A stretch of 64,000 nucleotides of DNA from Vicugna vicugna (GCA_013265495.1 MU058423.1:9781627-9845626); one strand, 5' to 3'. Positions 51,148-64,000 are shown, counted from the first letter of the stretch. The notes: generated by a model not told the origin, from the letters alone. Program-made: numbers and translations.

Positions 51148-52189
51148 ATAGGAAAGATCCTTCTCCGAATGCCCTAGCAGCCATCTCTGAAAATGAAGCA
51201 ATCATCAAAAAGCTGGAGTAAAAGGAAAGCTAATAGTTAATAAATAACAAAATGTGAAACATGGACTTTTTAAGGATATAAATACACACATACATATAAT
51301 ATATGTAACTATGTATCTACACAGGTGTAGACAAACGCAGGGCACTGTGTAGACCACGGAACTACTCTGTACAGACATTAAGAAACTAAAGACCTCCTGA
51401 TCTTGTATTTGAGGAAGTACCATGATTTTAAGTAATTAATAAAACACAATGAGTCATTTGCTAATGTAAAAGATAGTACAATCTCTTCAACAAGGCGAGA
51501 ACTACATCTTGTTAACAAAATTGTCTAGAGAGTACTACTTAGCTATCTCTGCACACGGCTGAAAGCAGGAAGAGTCTTGATGGTAGTCATCAAACTGGGG
51601 TCATCCCAACGCATATCTATGACATCAAGTCCACTTTCTTGGGGGAAAAATAGGCATTTTACTAAAACGGTACTTAAACCTAGAAAGGAAAATGAATTTC
51701 AGCCAACTCAGCACCAGTCTACTGGCAGTGGCTGCCTGGAGCATGGTGAGGAGAAGAAATCTGAAGTCAAGATTGGGTTCAACAAGAAAGAACAAGGTTC
51801 CTGATTACCAGCCTCTGCACTGGCTGAGCAGGTGAAGTGAAGGGTCACACACTGTGCATATGCCCGTCCTGGACTGAACTTTAAAAGATGAAGGGATTCA
51901 TACACAAACGTCTGAGCCTCCTTAAGGAACTCCAGGGAACTGTCTTCAGCCTGCTTTAACCTTTTTTGTGTAGCCCCTGTCACCATTTTCCTGTGTAGAT
52001 TTGCACTGGAATAAAATACTCTTGCAGAAAATAACTTCTTACTTCTTGCAGACAGTTTTTGGTCTTAGCTAATGTATTTACTACAATAGACTTTTCCCCC
52101 CCAAATTTTTGTCTTCCTAGTTTCTGATCTCCTTTTCTATGCTGTGTGGATTCCCTAGAATGTGTGCACAAGTCTTGGTCTTTACAGGA

Positions 52190-52732
52190 GATGAAGCCTG
52201 TTTCCCGTTTTAGAAGGTTACAAGACTAGATGCCCATTATCCCAGATTCTTGTAGCACGGGCATGTGAAGGTTCCCTAGGCTCAGACAGCGCAATACTAT
52301 AGGCGTTCAGACAGGAGCTAGGGATTGGCAGAAGCACATAGAGAGGTTGTGCTAGAAGCAGAGATGGAGGTTGTGACAGCGGCAGCGACAGAAGTAGCAG
52401 CGCATTTCCAAGAGCAGCTGTGGCAGCAGTTCCAGGGGCCGCACCAGGGCCCAGTGCTGGCCCTGGGGCAGGGGCAGCTGGAAGGCGCGCTGCGGCACCC
52501 GGTAACTGGCGGGGGCGCCAGCAGTGTCTTTGCTGGACCTGCTCTGTGATGGATTCAGGGGTCCTTGCTACTTACTGCCTAGCTTCCTTTGCGTCTGCAC
52601 ATGTTTAAGTCTATTTCTCCAGCCTTACTAAAAATCCTATGGAAAATCCAGTATACTTTCTGTGAGTTCTTTTTCTGCTTAAATGAATCAAAATAGTTTT
52701 CTCTTGGCTGCAGCTAAGTTCACTGTCTAACA
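52190..52732 (+). mobile_element. Old ERVL LTR (LTR41/LTR33-like) with a GC-rich core
   Basis: tcccagattcttgtagc..gggcatgtg...ctaggctcag at the start; ttttctgcttaaatgaatcaaaatagttttctcttggctgcagctaag at the end. Confidence 0.55.
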
Positions 52733-53049
52733 GATTGTTGTAGAGTCTTTTATTAGTGATCAAACTAAGTAAGTTTTGCCTCTCTCCACTTTGCTCTGAA
52801 GATGCTAGTTAGCTTTGATACTTGGTAAACCTCAAAAAGGGGTTTTCTGTCTCCTTGTTGCAATTTGCTCCTTTATATAAGCTCTCTCTATATGTTACAT
52901 GCTGTGATTTCGGCTGCACTGAAGCAATGGAGCTGACAAATTTTGTACTCTTGACAAAAGTGGTAACTTGACTTTAAAAGCAAAGGCTAAAAGTAGAAAA
53001 TTCAATTTCAGAAAATAGATACTGCAGCTATTTTGTCATCATTTCTAAT

Positions 53050-53760
53050 GATGACAGCAACATATTCTAAATTCAACCAATTACCACATCTCCATTCTAA
53101 CATTATCAGCATCATTTCTCCCCAGACGACTCAACAGCCAAATAACCGGTCCCTGGTTCCTCTCCTGCCCACTCTACCACCTCTCATATATACAGGTTAT
53201 CTTCCAAATAAAACTTTTAATGGCATCTCAGCATGACTTAGGAAAAAATCCAGAATTTTCACCGCGGTTTCCAAAGATCTACATTATTTTGCTCTCGGTT
53301 ACTCTCTGACTTCATTTCCGTCTACTTCCCATCTTGCCAAACTGGCCTTTTTGTCTTCCCTCTGCCAAGCCAGCAGCGCTCCCAACTCAGCACCTTTGCA
53401 CTTGCGTTCTCTCCGACTTGATGATGCCCTTCCCAGAGACTCACAGAACGCATCCGCTCACTTAGTTTGGACCTCTGTTTCACCACTATCTCCACAGAAA
53501 GGACTTGACTCACCATTGTTTCTAAAAGACCACACCTGTCACTCTCTGATCCCTGTCCTATTTTATTTTCTCCTCATAATCCTTATTACACCTGACATTG
53601 TACAATTTTATTATTTATGTACTTATTTTACTCCTCCACACCCCCCCACCATGAGAATGTGGTCTTCATGGGGAGGCAGACTCTAATATATTTTTTATAG
53701 CTGTATCACAAGTGCTTGGTTGAGTGCCTGACACACAGTATTAAAGACAGAATGAACCAG
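53050..53760 (+). mobile_element. L2 3' portion
   Basis: cactggcctttttgtc...acctttgcacttgc...gaggcagact...gctgtatc...gtgcctgacacacagta. Confidence 0.8.
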
Positions 53761-55304
53761 AACGGTTCAGAGTTGGGTGTTGGGTGAGTGAAGAAAAGTG
53801 TTGTATAGAACCTTTCTTTCTTACTATTGTAACAACTTGCTTTGTTGGAGCTGGACTCAAACATAAAGTCTTTAATATAAGCATAAGCCTAGCACCTGAC
53901 AAACTCTAAAATATCTATACATGAGTGACTGACCACATAAATTAACTGGTGACAAAAACAGTCAATGAACCTAATGCATTTAAAGAATGATCACATGATT
54001 AAGTAAACAAGTGAGCAGATATTAATTGGACAGTCAACTTGGAATCTTTATAGGCATTAGGAAGTGTTTTTGGTGGCCTCATTCCTAAATTCTCTAGTTT
54101 TTTCCATTAGTTTGTATTTCATATTTGTACCACTGGCATGATAAATTTTCTTGAGACTTTATGTTAAATCAGAACAGCATGCACAATTTAAATTATTTGT
54201 TAAGTTATAGTTACTGTTTGGTTGGTATCTGTGGCTTTTACAGGACTTACCTACATAGTTCATTGGTCATCATTTATCATGAGTGTCCAGCTCAATATTA
54301 TTTACTCCATTTCGAGAATATGGTGCTATCCGGTGCTTGCTTCAAGGCAATTAATTTGGAGCACAGTACTAGGAAATGTGGAAGTTCTCGAAAGAAAATG
54401 ACACATTTGCTACCTTCAAAGGGCTTGTCAGTTCTGACATTAGTACAAATCGGGTCTCTTTCTAGGTATGACACTCAGTCTGTAGAGAATAGCGAGGTAA
54501 TGTTTAGAGTTTGAATTTGTTAGTAAGGTACAAGTTAGGTCAGTACTTTCTAGAACGTTTTAGTTGTGTGAAACAACAAATAAAGAAACTGAAGTTTTTT
54601 CTAGTATCTATTAGAGCTGGAATCCTAAGAATTCTAACAGAAACAACTAATGTAGTGATTTTCAAAGTTTTAAAAATCGGGATCACGTTTAAATGAAATT
54701 TTAAGCTGATGCATGAGTGCTTAAAGTTGTTAAAAGTGGAACCATGCCTGTATCCTGCTTAAACAGAACTTGACATCTCCGAGGGACACCACCTCCTGGG
54801 AATCTGTCACAAGACACAACAGCCTGACAGTTTTATGGTCACTTGCACTAATTCAGCTACAGTTTTCCCTCTGGCACCGTTAGACAGAGATTATTCATTT
54901 CCAGGGCAGCAGTGCAATTTGTTCCAGCACATAGAGATAAGACGAGGAAATGCAGTCGTCTTGGATGTAAGAGCTCTCCTCCTCAGCTCACCAATCTCCT
55001 CTCGATTATTTTCAACTATAACCAGCCTTCCTTAATTCATGGTCTCTCATCCCTGTATCTGTGATCCCTCCTGAAAAATTAGGAATCTATCTGTACCCAA
55101 CACTTGCCTCAGATATGATTATGTGTCCCCCAAATTTCTGTATACATGCACACACTCACACACACACACACAGTCTGATACCATTCAAATTGGTGGTCAC
55201 AACCCAAAGTAGACGTGCCCTTATCTGTTCTATCTACCAAGACAGTGTTGGCAGGGACCTTGTGGATCTTGTTTACATTGTATCCCAAACACCCATCACA
55301 CTGC

Positions 55305-56059
55305 TGTAACCGAGCAGGACCCTACTGTCGCTGGTGATCATCTGATATCCGCAGTGGCGTCTGTAACTGCTTAACTATGTAGTTTAATGGTTTAAAGGGA
55401 TTTTCCCACGCTCTTGCTGACCTGGGTTAGGCTGGAAAGGAGGGAGGCTTGGGTGGTGCTGGTGCTGCATGCAGGGGTCACGCTCAGTGCCCTGCTTTTG
55501 TCCCAAGTGCCCTGCTCCTGACCCCAGTGCCCTCCTCTTGACCCCTTGTAATTTCCTTGTATCCTGTTGTTTGAGATGCAGGCCTCAGCCTGCAGCAGGA
55601 GGTCTCAGGCCTTAGCCTGCTTAAAAAGCTAAAAGCATTTATCAACCTGACTTTAAACTGCACAAGTTTTTCCTCAGAGCTCTTTTCCATGGAGCCCCTT
55701 CCTATGCATCCTTTGTTCTAGGTACAAGAATATTAACAGAGTCCCAAAGCTGGAGGTGAACTTCATACCCAGCAGAGGGAAGGGGGCCACTGCATCTGCA
55801 AAAACAAGAACAATTTTGCAGCAACTTGTTACCCTGTATGTGATCTCTATGGAAACTAGCCCTGCCCCTTAAACTCTTGAACTTTTACTATAAAACCCCT
55901 GCCTTCTCTCCCCAGTAGGCTTGCAATCTTAGAGGCATTAGCCCACTGTGACCTCTTCTGCCTGGCAAAGAAATAAAGCCGCCTTTTCTACTTCATCCAA
56001 AACTCCGTCCTCGAGTCTCAGTTTGGTAAGCAGGCTACGGAGGCCTTGGTTCAGCAACA
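55305..56059 (+). mobile_element. ERV1-type solo LTR, 755 bp
   Basis: TGTAAC...GCAACA termini, TATA-like ctataaaa (~55888), AATAAA (~55972), perfect 4-bp TSD CTGC (55301-55304 / 56060-56063). Confidence 0.9.
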
Positions 56060-56299
56060 CTGCCTGCATTCATATATGCAAGCACTCATTTATTCAGTGC
56101 TTAGTTAACTACATGCATGCTTCCTCTGTACCTAACACTGTTCTTAACACAGAGAAACAACGCTGAGAGAATTTGTTCCTGCCTTCATGCATCTTACCAT
56201 CCTACGTGTGGGTGGTACTCTATAAATAGTTTTTCAATGAACAGGAACAGCTTCCTCCTAGCAAACAAAGCAGCAGCCATGACTGCACAATAAACAAAG

Positions 56300-56448
56300 G
56301 TTTCAGAGCAGCTTTAGGTTCACAGCAAAATTGAGCAGAATACATTAAGGTCCACTCTCAGTGTGTACATTCTATGGGTTCGGACAAATGTCTAATGACA
56401 TGTGTCTGCCATTTTAGTATCATACAGTGTAAATTCACTGCCCTCAAA
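56300..56448 (-). mobile_element. Old L1 3' UTR fragment
   Basis: gagcagctttaggttcacagcaaaattgagcagaa; gtacattctatgggttcggacaaatg. Confidence 0.75.
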
Positions 56449-56524
56449 CTCTGGCAAGACTTCTAAAATTCTATTTCAGGACTTAAAGAAATTAGATTGA
56501 GCAGCATCTCTTTTCAGATTTTCT

Positions 56525-56646
56525 AGGGGGAGGGTATAGCTCAGTGGTAGAGTGCATGCCTAGCATGCCCGAGGTCCTGGGTTCAATCCCCAGCACCTCT
56601 ACTAAATAAGCTAATTACCACCCCCCACCCACCAAAAGACCCCACA
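56525..56646 (+). mobile_element. tRNA-Ala(AGC)-derived SINE (camelid vic-1 type, long-tail form)
   Basis: gggggagggtatagctcagtggtagagtgcatgcctagcatg..gaggtcctgggttcaatccccagcacctc with A and B boxes; perfect 13-bp TSD tttcagattttct at 56512-56524 and 56647-56659. Confidence 0.92.
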
Positions 56647-58373
56647 TTTCAGATTTTCTGATCCAAAGTTCTGGCTGAGATGCTATCTGGTTTTCTGAGG
56701 AACCCACCCATTCTGGCTGAAACATGCTTTCGGATCAGGTGACCTCACAAACAGGTAAAGGATCTGGCTTCTCATCCTTTCCTAGAAAAGTAGTTTCTGG
56801 AGAAGTTTCCCAAATGAGGCAGTACATGGAATGAAAAAAAAAAAAAAAAAAAAACCTCTGACTTTATCATCACTCAGCATGAATATCACTTTGACAGTCT
56901 TTTGTGTAACTTTTCTTTTGCTTCTGGAAAAGGAGCCTCCGTTGGCTGATTTCATTTTCAGAAACCCACATAATCTAGAGGGGCTCCTTTATAAATTCAG
57001 AATTGTCTGGCATGAACCCCTCTCCCGTCATGTCACACTCATTAAGCTGAACGGACTTGCCACTCACGCTTGCCTTTGCACTTGACCCCTCACAGGTGGG
57101 CTCAGACACCAGAAAAAACAGGACCAGGTGAGCACAGGTCACCTGCCCCAGTGATTCCTGAGGCACCAAACACAATTCGAAAGTCGTATTCTAACTCCCT
57201 CAAATGCAGAGGAGGAAAGTTACCTACTTGCTTCGGGTCAAACAGCCTAAGAGTAGGGGCGACAGTTATGCTAGAAAAATGGGATCTGGAATACACATTC
57301 CAAAATTATTTCCGCTGCTCTGTGTTACTGATGTATTTTCTGATGCACTGACTTTCATCAGTCAAAACCAACTAACCATAAACCAAGGTTTAATAGAATT
57401 TTGCATAAAGCTGATATTTCTGATTTAGCAGAACATTTTGTAGCAAAATGAGTCAAATTTTTCATATTGAGGGAACAGTTCTCTGAAAGCAGAAACACGA
57501 TGTTTGTGTACCCAGGAATGTGTCCTTGTCCTTGAAATGTTCAAGGCGTTTTTTGATGACACTCCTCTTTTCCTTTCTGAATTCTATGTGCAGGGCCGTG
57601 GATTTCTTCAAACTCTATCATTTTCCTGCATCATTTAAGCTTAAGTATAAATCTAACCAACACAACTCTGCAACGACTGAAGTCAGAAGGGAAGGAATGA
57701 CTTAAGCAGGAGAAATCCCCAGGGACCCTTAAGCAAGTCAAGTAAAATGATTCCGTTGGAAGCTGGCCCTGGCGTGAGAACAGCCACCATCACCCCAGGG
57801 AGCACTGCATGGCATTTTTAGTAAGAAGATACGGTAAAACATCAGTTTCTTCCTTCAAAAAAATTATCACATTTAAATCCTTTGAGACTAGTGCAAGAGC
57901 TCACCACCGTTTCCATCTGATTATCAAAGTCTAGGGAATTTTCCCTGAAATATATAGAAGCTGACAAATTCATTGAGCAATGGGCTACAGGATCTCTCAG
58001 GGTTTCACTTAAGTACCCGTAACAGATGGATGTCTAGACTGTTTTTGAACACCCCGGGGTCGAAATTCTAGTTTTAATTATGAAAATCATGTATATAATA
58101 CATTAGTTTGCTTGCACATCATTTGCCTACTTTATACAGCGGTAGTGAGGATAAAATGAGATGACATATGCAAAATATTAAACAGAGGCTGGAGCATTAT
58201 AGAGTCTAATACTGTTTATTTGCATTTCCTTTTCTGTCGCCAAAAGTAAACAAAAAATAAGTTCCAAAGACAGTAAGAAAAGCCTGTGCATTTTCTTCCA
58301 ATAGACTGTAAGTAATTAGAGCGGCATCCTATGGTACTACTGGACTCTCCTTGCCTAGTTCAGTGCATTGCTG

Positions 58374-58510
58374 AAGAGTAGGAAAGAGTAGGAAATGAAG
58401 GGAGAGGAAGTGTGGGGAGGGAAGAAGGGCGGGCGGGAGGAAGGAAGGAAGGAAGGAAGGGAGTGAGGGAGAGGGGAAAATAAACAGGAAGGGAGCGGGT
58501 AGGGGATAGC
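58374..58510 (+). repeat. Polypurine tract with (GGAA)5
   Basis: Directly visible; GGAA repeats at 58439-58458. Confidence 0.85.
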
Positions 58511-59361
58511 AGGCAGTCAAACAGGCTTCTGTCTCACCATCATTCCCTGCCACTTTCAGGACAGACATCCCGCTCCTTAGCTTGGGGTACGAGACAGTTC
58601 TGGCTTGGCCCCGGCAACCTCCGGAACCTCTATAAATACAGTTCATGTTCAGATTCAGTCACACCCAATTAGGAGCATTTCTTCAAATACGCTCTTACAA
58701 CAACAGCCCCGAGCTTTTGCAGGTTGCACTTCTAGCTAGAACCTGTCTCCTCTTCATTTCTATCCCTTTTTATCAGCCTAGCTAACGTCTCACCTTTTAA
58801 AGCCCCAGGGAATGCATTTCATATAATCACAGTAAGTAAAAAATTTTTCATTCTTTTCCATTCCATCACTTCCTGTTTCAATAAGATGCTTTGTCATTTT
58901 ATTTCCTTTTTCAAGTCTTCATACATGATAGCATATTTGCTTTCTCAGTAAGTACCCCAAATATTTTTGTTTCCCGCCCAATCCATTTTATTTATACCAA
59001 ATCCACATATAAATTTCTTTATCCATGACATGTGCAGTCTTCTTCCCCTGAATGTTATTTGTTCCCACGAACTCTTTTCCTGCTATGCACGCAGGAACCA
59101 GTGTGGTGCTCTCCTCCCTTAAGCATTTGATCCCTTTTTGCTAGAACTCTGGAATATTCTGTAAGAGTGCTTTTTTTTTTTTTTTTAACTCCAGTCCTAC
59201 TTAAAAGATAGTAGGATCCCAAAGCAACTCTTATTTATTTCACTTTGATAGGAAGTTATATTTTATATATGAACTTAATTTCCCAGAAATTTTGAGTTAT
59301 TCTTACCTAGAAAAATGTTATGGAATAACTATTTTTTTTCCTAGAGCTACTTTTAAAAAGA

Positions 59362-59748
59362 TTATTTTTTTATTGAGGTATAGTTGATTTACAAATCTAT
59401 GTTTCAGGTATACAACATAGTGATTCACAATTTTTACAGGTTATACTCCATTTATAGTTATTATAAAACATTGGCTATATTCCTTGTGATGCACTATATA
59501 TCCTTGTGGCTTATTTATTTTAGACAGTAGTTTGTACCTCTTAATATCCTACCCTTTATCTTGCCCCTTTCCCTTCCCTCTTCCCACTGATAACCACTAG
59601 TTTGTTTCTATATCTGTGTGTCTATTCCTTGTTTTGTCATGTTCATGAGTTCGTTGTCCTTTTCAGGTTCCACATATAAGTGATAACACATTATTTGTCT
59701 TTCTCTGTCTGACTTAATTCATGAGGCAGAATGCCCTCCAAGTGCATG
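59362..59748 (-). mobile_element. 5'-truncated L1 3' UTR
   Basis: tttttattgaggtatagttgatttaca...ttccacatataagtgata...tctctgtctgactt. Confidence 0.9.
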
Positions 59749-62700
59749 ACAGTTATTTTTAAATGCTTTGAAAGAAAGCAAGCTTCAATGACCAAAGAAA
59801 CTCAAAACTATTTTCACAAATATGGTAGAATCATGGTCAACCCTCTCCTAAAGTAACTTAAGAACTGAACCAGTCCTTATTCAGAGTGGCCAAAGTGAGT
59901 AATATTTCTGGGAACTTGCTGATCATGGCACCATGTCAAAGGCTAATTCGTTCAGCTGAAAGTGATGGGATAGGACCTGCAGCTGTGCTTGTGGGAATAG
60001 CCATTGACTCAGCAAATAAAGAGCAATAAGGATTTCCTAGTAAGCCAATTTAATTCCCATGTATATGTGTCTATAAAAACATGGTTTTCTGTGTCAGCAG
60101 TTAATGAGGTATTGAGGTGTTGTCTCCAAGTCCCTTTAAGCTTCATGATTTTGTGCTCAGTTTCTGTAGAATTATAATCCATGTAGCAGGAATCTCAGAT
60201 TAAGTCTCTGCCTTTGCACTGTCCAATGCCAGGGCTCAGGCATGGTTAGGTAAGTTGAGGAATAAATCTGCAAGAGTGTCTTAGTGACTGAGAAGCTTTC
60301 TGGAAATGAATGTAAACCATGTCCATTGCTGAACTTAAAGCACATCTGATCATGCCTGATGAACTGGTAAGTTGGCTCCAAAAAAAACCTAATTGTGAGA
60401 AAGAGATTAAGAAATATATAAAGAGAGTTGATTCCAAAGAAGAAGAAACCAGGGAAATAGTTTAGATCCTGTAACAAAGACTTTTGTCATCAGAGGAGAA
60501 GGAAGTCAGTACAGTGTCTTGGTCGATGCATGACTTCATTCTAGGCTCAGCTTCAAGGACCTATAAATTCAAACAGAAAGACTTCTTTTGCTAAACACTG
60601 CAATGCTTTGTGATACCGCAACACTGTTTCACCAATGTAATAAAATTTCTTTAAAAATATTCAGAAGGGAAGAAGACTGCTCACAAATCCTTGCATAAAC
60701 CAAAGAGAGCTTCATTATGACTGAGGGCTCCTAGTGGACACTCAGAGGTCTCGGGTACCCAGGAAAGCAGCAGTAGAGACTTGCACAACCACTGTTGCTG
60801 TGTGGTGGTCAGCAGCCTCTGCATTCTCAAGCCTGGCAATTATTTGTTAGTGGAGAACCATACAGAGCATCTGCTGTCAGTGGAGCAGCGTGGATGCTGT
60901 AAGTTAGGTCTTCCCCCTGACTTACTTTGGCTGGGTGTGTGGAGTTGGAAGGAGGGAAGGAGATGGTGCAATGCTTGGAGAAGAAACCTTTTGCAAAGGT
61001 TGGATTTTTCTATATTGAGTAGGTCAAGGTCAGAGCCAGGATAATAATTTACAATAGGATAAAAATTGTAATTTTTTTCTAAAATTGAGGGTTTTTTTGT
61101 TGCAGAAGTCCAACCATCCATTCACATAGACAAGGTTGTGGCGGCATCCATTCAGAGGAGGAACTGGCAGAGAATCAGAGCTGCCCGAAGACCCACCTTC
61201 ACCCCTCTGGGCCTCCTTCTGAGTCAGTAGCGAACAGTTCAGTTTTTGCACCCAGAAAGTTCTGACAAAGCTTAGAATAAACCATTAATTGATACAACTC
61301 ACATAGTACAATATAGTCATGGCCAAAAACGCATTCCCTGTTCAATTTCTACCCTCAAACTACACCCAGCTACATTGTCAAATGCTTCTTATTAGAAACA
61401 ATGCAGCAAATCCATACAAAACACAAACATCTCCCACAATACAGGTTTAACTTCACAGGACATCACACTTTTGCACAACATAAAATTCTTCTATAATTAT
61501 ATTTTCAGAGAGAAATTAATGACCACAAGAAAAATCTGACTCAAGTTAATCAAGGAAAGCAAAAGTCCAGAGTCTTTCCTATTCAATATGTTTTTCTTCC
61601 AATTTCCGACAAGAAGGCTCTCAGTCACACCCAGTCTGGCTTCCTTCAGGAACAGGTTCGCCTTTTTCTATGAGAACAGGTGTAGCCCCTTCAACAACTT
61701 CAAATTTTAATGACTCCAATTTTAAGTCACACTGTTGTGTGACATGTTATCAAAGAGTCCAGCATCTACAGGACACATGAGATGATCTCAGCTATAGCCT
61801 TCACTCATAAAATTTGGAAAAGACAAGTTAATTTCAATCCTCCCACGTTGGTTATTCCCATACATAATATGATGTCACAGTGCAACTGTCAGCCCTGAAC
61901 CATAGCAGAAAAAAATAGAATAGATTTGATTTCAGTCTTGCCAGATTTCCCGAGAGTCTAGGCCAGTTTATTTTGAGTCCTTAAACCATGAACTTGATTT
62001 CAGTTATGAGAACACTTTCATTAAGGGGTTAATGATGACGTTGTTTCTCACGTTGATATATTTCTACATTTTGCAAAAATTACAGATTTGCCGGGAAGGC
62101 CTCGTCAGCCTCTGGGCTTGATTCGAAGCTCTTGTCTTTCACTTCATGTTCGTTTCCCATCTTTTCATTCCCACATCTCCTTTGAGCCATACTCTTCTGG
62201 CACGATTGCGGCATGTGGATGCTCACGGGTGAGCCTGCCGCCTGAGGGGCACAACCCCCACTCCCCCTGGAGAGCTGGGTGCCCTACATTTAAGAAGAGC
62301 CAACACGCCAGAGTTCATTGCATCACATTCTGCACCACGTCAATCTTCTGCTCTTTTTCTAGATTTCTTCAACCTCAGAAATATCTCAAGGCATTTTTAG
62401 CAGTGTGCCATTTGCTGCTGCTGCTGCCTCTTCTTCTAGAATTCCTGGGGCCTAAGAATCCTGTGTCTTGGGGCGATCTTTCCCTTGTCTTCACATTTGC
62501 CTCAGCGGGAGGTTTGCCTTCAGTATATTATTGACCTAAAGCTGCTATTGATTTTTCCACTGTTTGTGCCTTTTTGTGGATTAAGAGAGGTTAAATATAG
62601 CCTCTCCATGTGCACTTTGTCCAACTCTGCATTCCCAGAGTGTTAGAGTTGGTAGAATTTGAGTCCCTTATGTTTCTTCCAAGCATCCCAAACACTGCTT

Positions 62701-62834
62701 CTGCGATCTCTTTTCTTGCAGGTTTCCATTTGCCTTCAGTTCTGTTTCTCTCTGCTGCTCTACTCTTTCAGCTTTTAAAATTTTACTTAATTCTTAAATA
62801 TTTCTCCTTCCTGCCTCTAAAGCAACAACCGTAA

Positions 62835-62985
62835 TATTAATGATAACAGCCAACATTTATTGAGTATTTATGGGGGGTGGTTATATCCTATGCCAGGAGA
62901 TTTAAAAGTAGGCATATTTATTTCCCAGTTACCAAGAATGATTCTGAGGATTAATGTGGTTAAGATATATTCTCAAGTTTACAAA
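62835..62985 (-). mobile_element. MIR fragment
   Basis: ataacagccaacatttattgagta...tctgagg...ggttaag...tctcaag. Confidence 0.55.
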
Positions 62986-63887
62986 ATGGGTTAAACTAAA
63001 AAAGAGAGAGAGACACAGGGAGAGAGAGAGAGGAAAGAGGTAAATGACCCATTATCCACATTTAAATAGAACACCTCTATCCCTAAAAATATGCCCAAAG
63101 TTCTTCATTTCACCAGCCAGTTAAATCGATTCTCCTCCAATAAAGAAGGGCAAATGAGAGGCTGGAGACAGTATCAGGAAATATTTACTCCAGTGCTGGA
63201 GAAAAGCAGCATTTTCTTGTGGTTAAGGGTCCAAAGTCCCTAAATGAGCTGTGGTAGAGACTAAACGGTTTCATGTGAGTTACTCTCATTAATAAAATCA
63301 GTAAGTGTCGCTCCTTCCTCAAATGTGTTACAAAACCTCCTTCCCTCTGTAGAGCTGAGGAAAGAGGGAATAACTGTTTTCTCCAATAATATCCAAATTC
63401 AGGACACTCAGGAAAGGGTGTGGCTACTCACGGCCATGGTGGAGGGAGAACTTGCTGATTCACTCATGTCCTGTTTCTCTCTGTCTCACACATGGAAGAA
63501 GAGTGTTCAGATTAGTACTGAAGTTGTGGGGATTATGTACTTTCTATGTTTTCCGATACTGGTGCTTGATAATTTGTTTATTCACAGTGTTATATGTAAA
63601 CTTGAAGGATTTTTTTCCTAAAAGTAGCTTGACTTAAAAAAAAATATGAATATAAAACAGGTCATTGCAAATACGTTATACAATACTTAAACAGGGTAAA
63701 GAAAGTGAAATCACTGGTTACTCTACTTCCGAGAGCCATTGCTGTCAATATTTTCATGGTAACCTTTCAGGGATTTTTCTGTTCCTATAAACACACATAC
63801 CTTAAAATGATAACGTGGGTGGTCCATTATGCAAATGCCCACTAATTTGTAAGAATGTATTTTTCTCCCTTAATAATACATCATTGG

Positions 63888-64000
63888 TGGAGGGGGATCA
63901 AGATGGCAGAGCAGAAAGACCCTGAGCTCAACTTCCACCATGAACACATTAAAACTACAACTACTTATATGGCAACGCTCATGAGAATGACCTGAAGATT
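63888..64000 (+). mobile_element. LINE-1 5' end running off the right edge
   Basis: ggagggggatcaagatggcagagcagaaagaccctgagctca; aligns by eye with 6350-6462. Confidence 0.8.

Noticed and set aside
52325..52608. Ala/Gly/Glu-rich ORFs resembling a coding exon
   Set aside because: GC-rich core of an old LTR, non-ATG starts, no splice context
55240..56200. Tail-to-tail L2 pair as a miR-28-type hairpin precursor
   Set aside because: The arms are highly diverged and separated by a 755-bp LTR; no stable stem is visible
56525..56600. Apparent tRNA-Ala(AGC) gene
   Set aside because: It has a TSD, a SINE tail, an altered 5' end and a second diverged copy in the window; it is a SINE
62088..62534. 148-aa ORF
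   Set aside because: TTG start, unremarkable composition, no family resemblance
1..64000. Naming the host gene or deciding intronic vs intergenic
   Set aside because: No recognisable exon and no clear strand bias of L1/LTR insertions; this needs an alignment

Overview
Mammalian, AT-rich, repeat-dominated genomic DNA, most likely from a camelid (camel/llama/alpaca). Two tRNA-Ala(AGC)-derived SINEs of the vic-1 type are present, and I saw no ruminant BovB/Bov-tA, pig PRE-1 or CHR SINEs. I can support no protein-coding gene: the informative ORFs are LINE-1 ORF2 remnants or a decayed class I ERV pol (4.3-6.3 kb, minus strand). The window is a patchwork of L1 fragments, L2, MIR, MaLR/ERVL/ERV1 solo LTRs, one assembly gap, and several stretches with no recognisable repeat but many transcription-factor-like motifs, which may be conserved non-coding elements. 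I found no convincing new biological system. The most interesting signals are retrotransposition oddities and one motif switch: 5'-end-only L1 inserts flanked by direct repeats, a twin-primed L1 lacking its 3' tail, a likely short 3' transduction, and two MER41-like LTRs whose STAT motif differs by one base (N3 vs N4 spacing). Repeat family names come from recalled consensus sequences, not a database search. Boundaries without a TSD are approximate.
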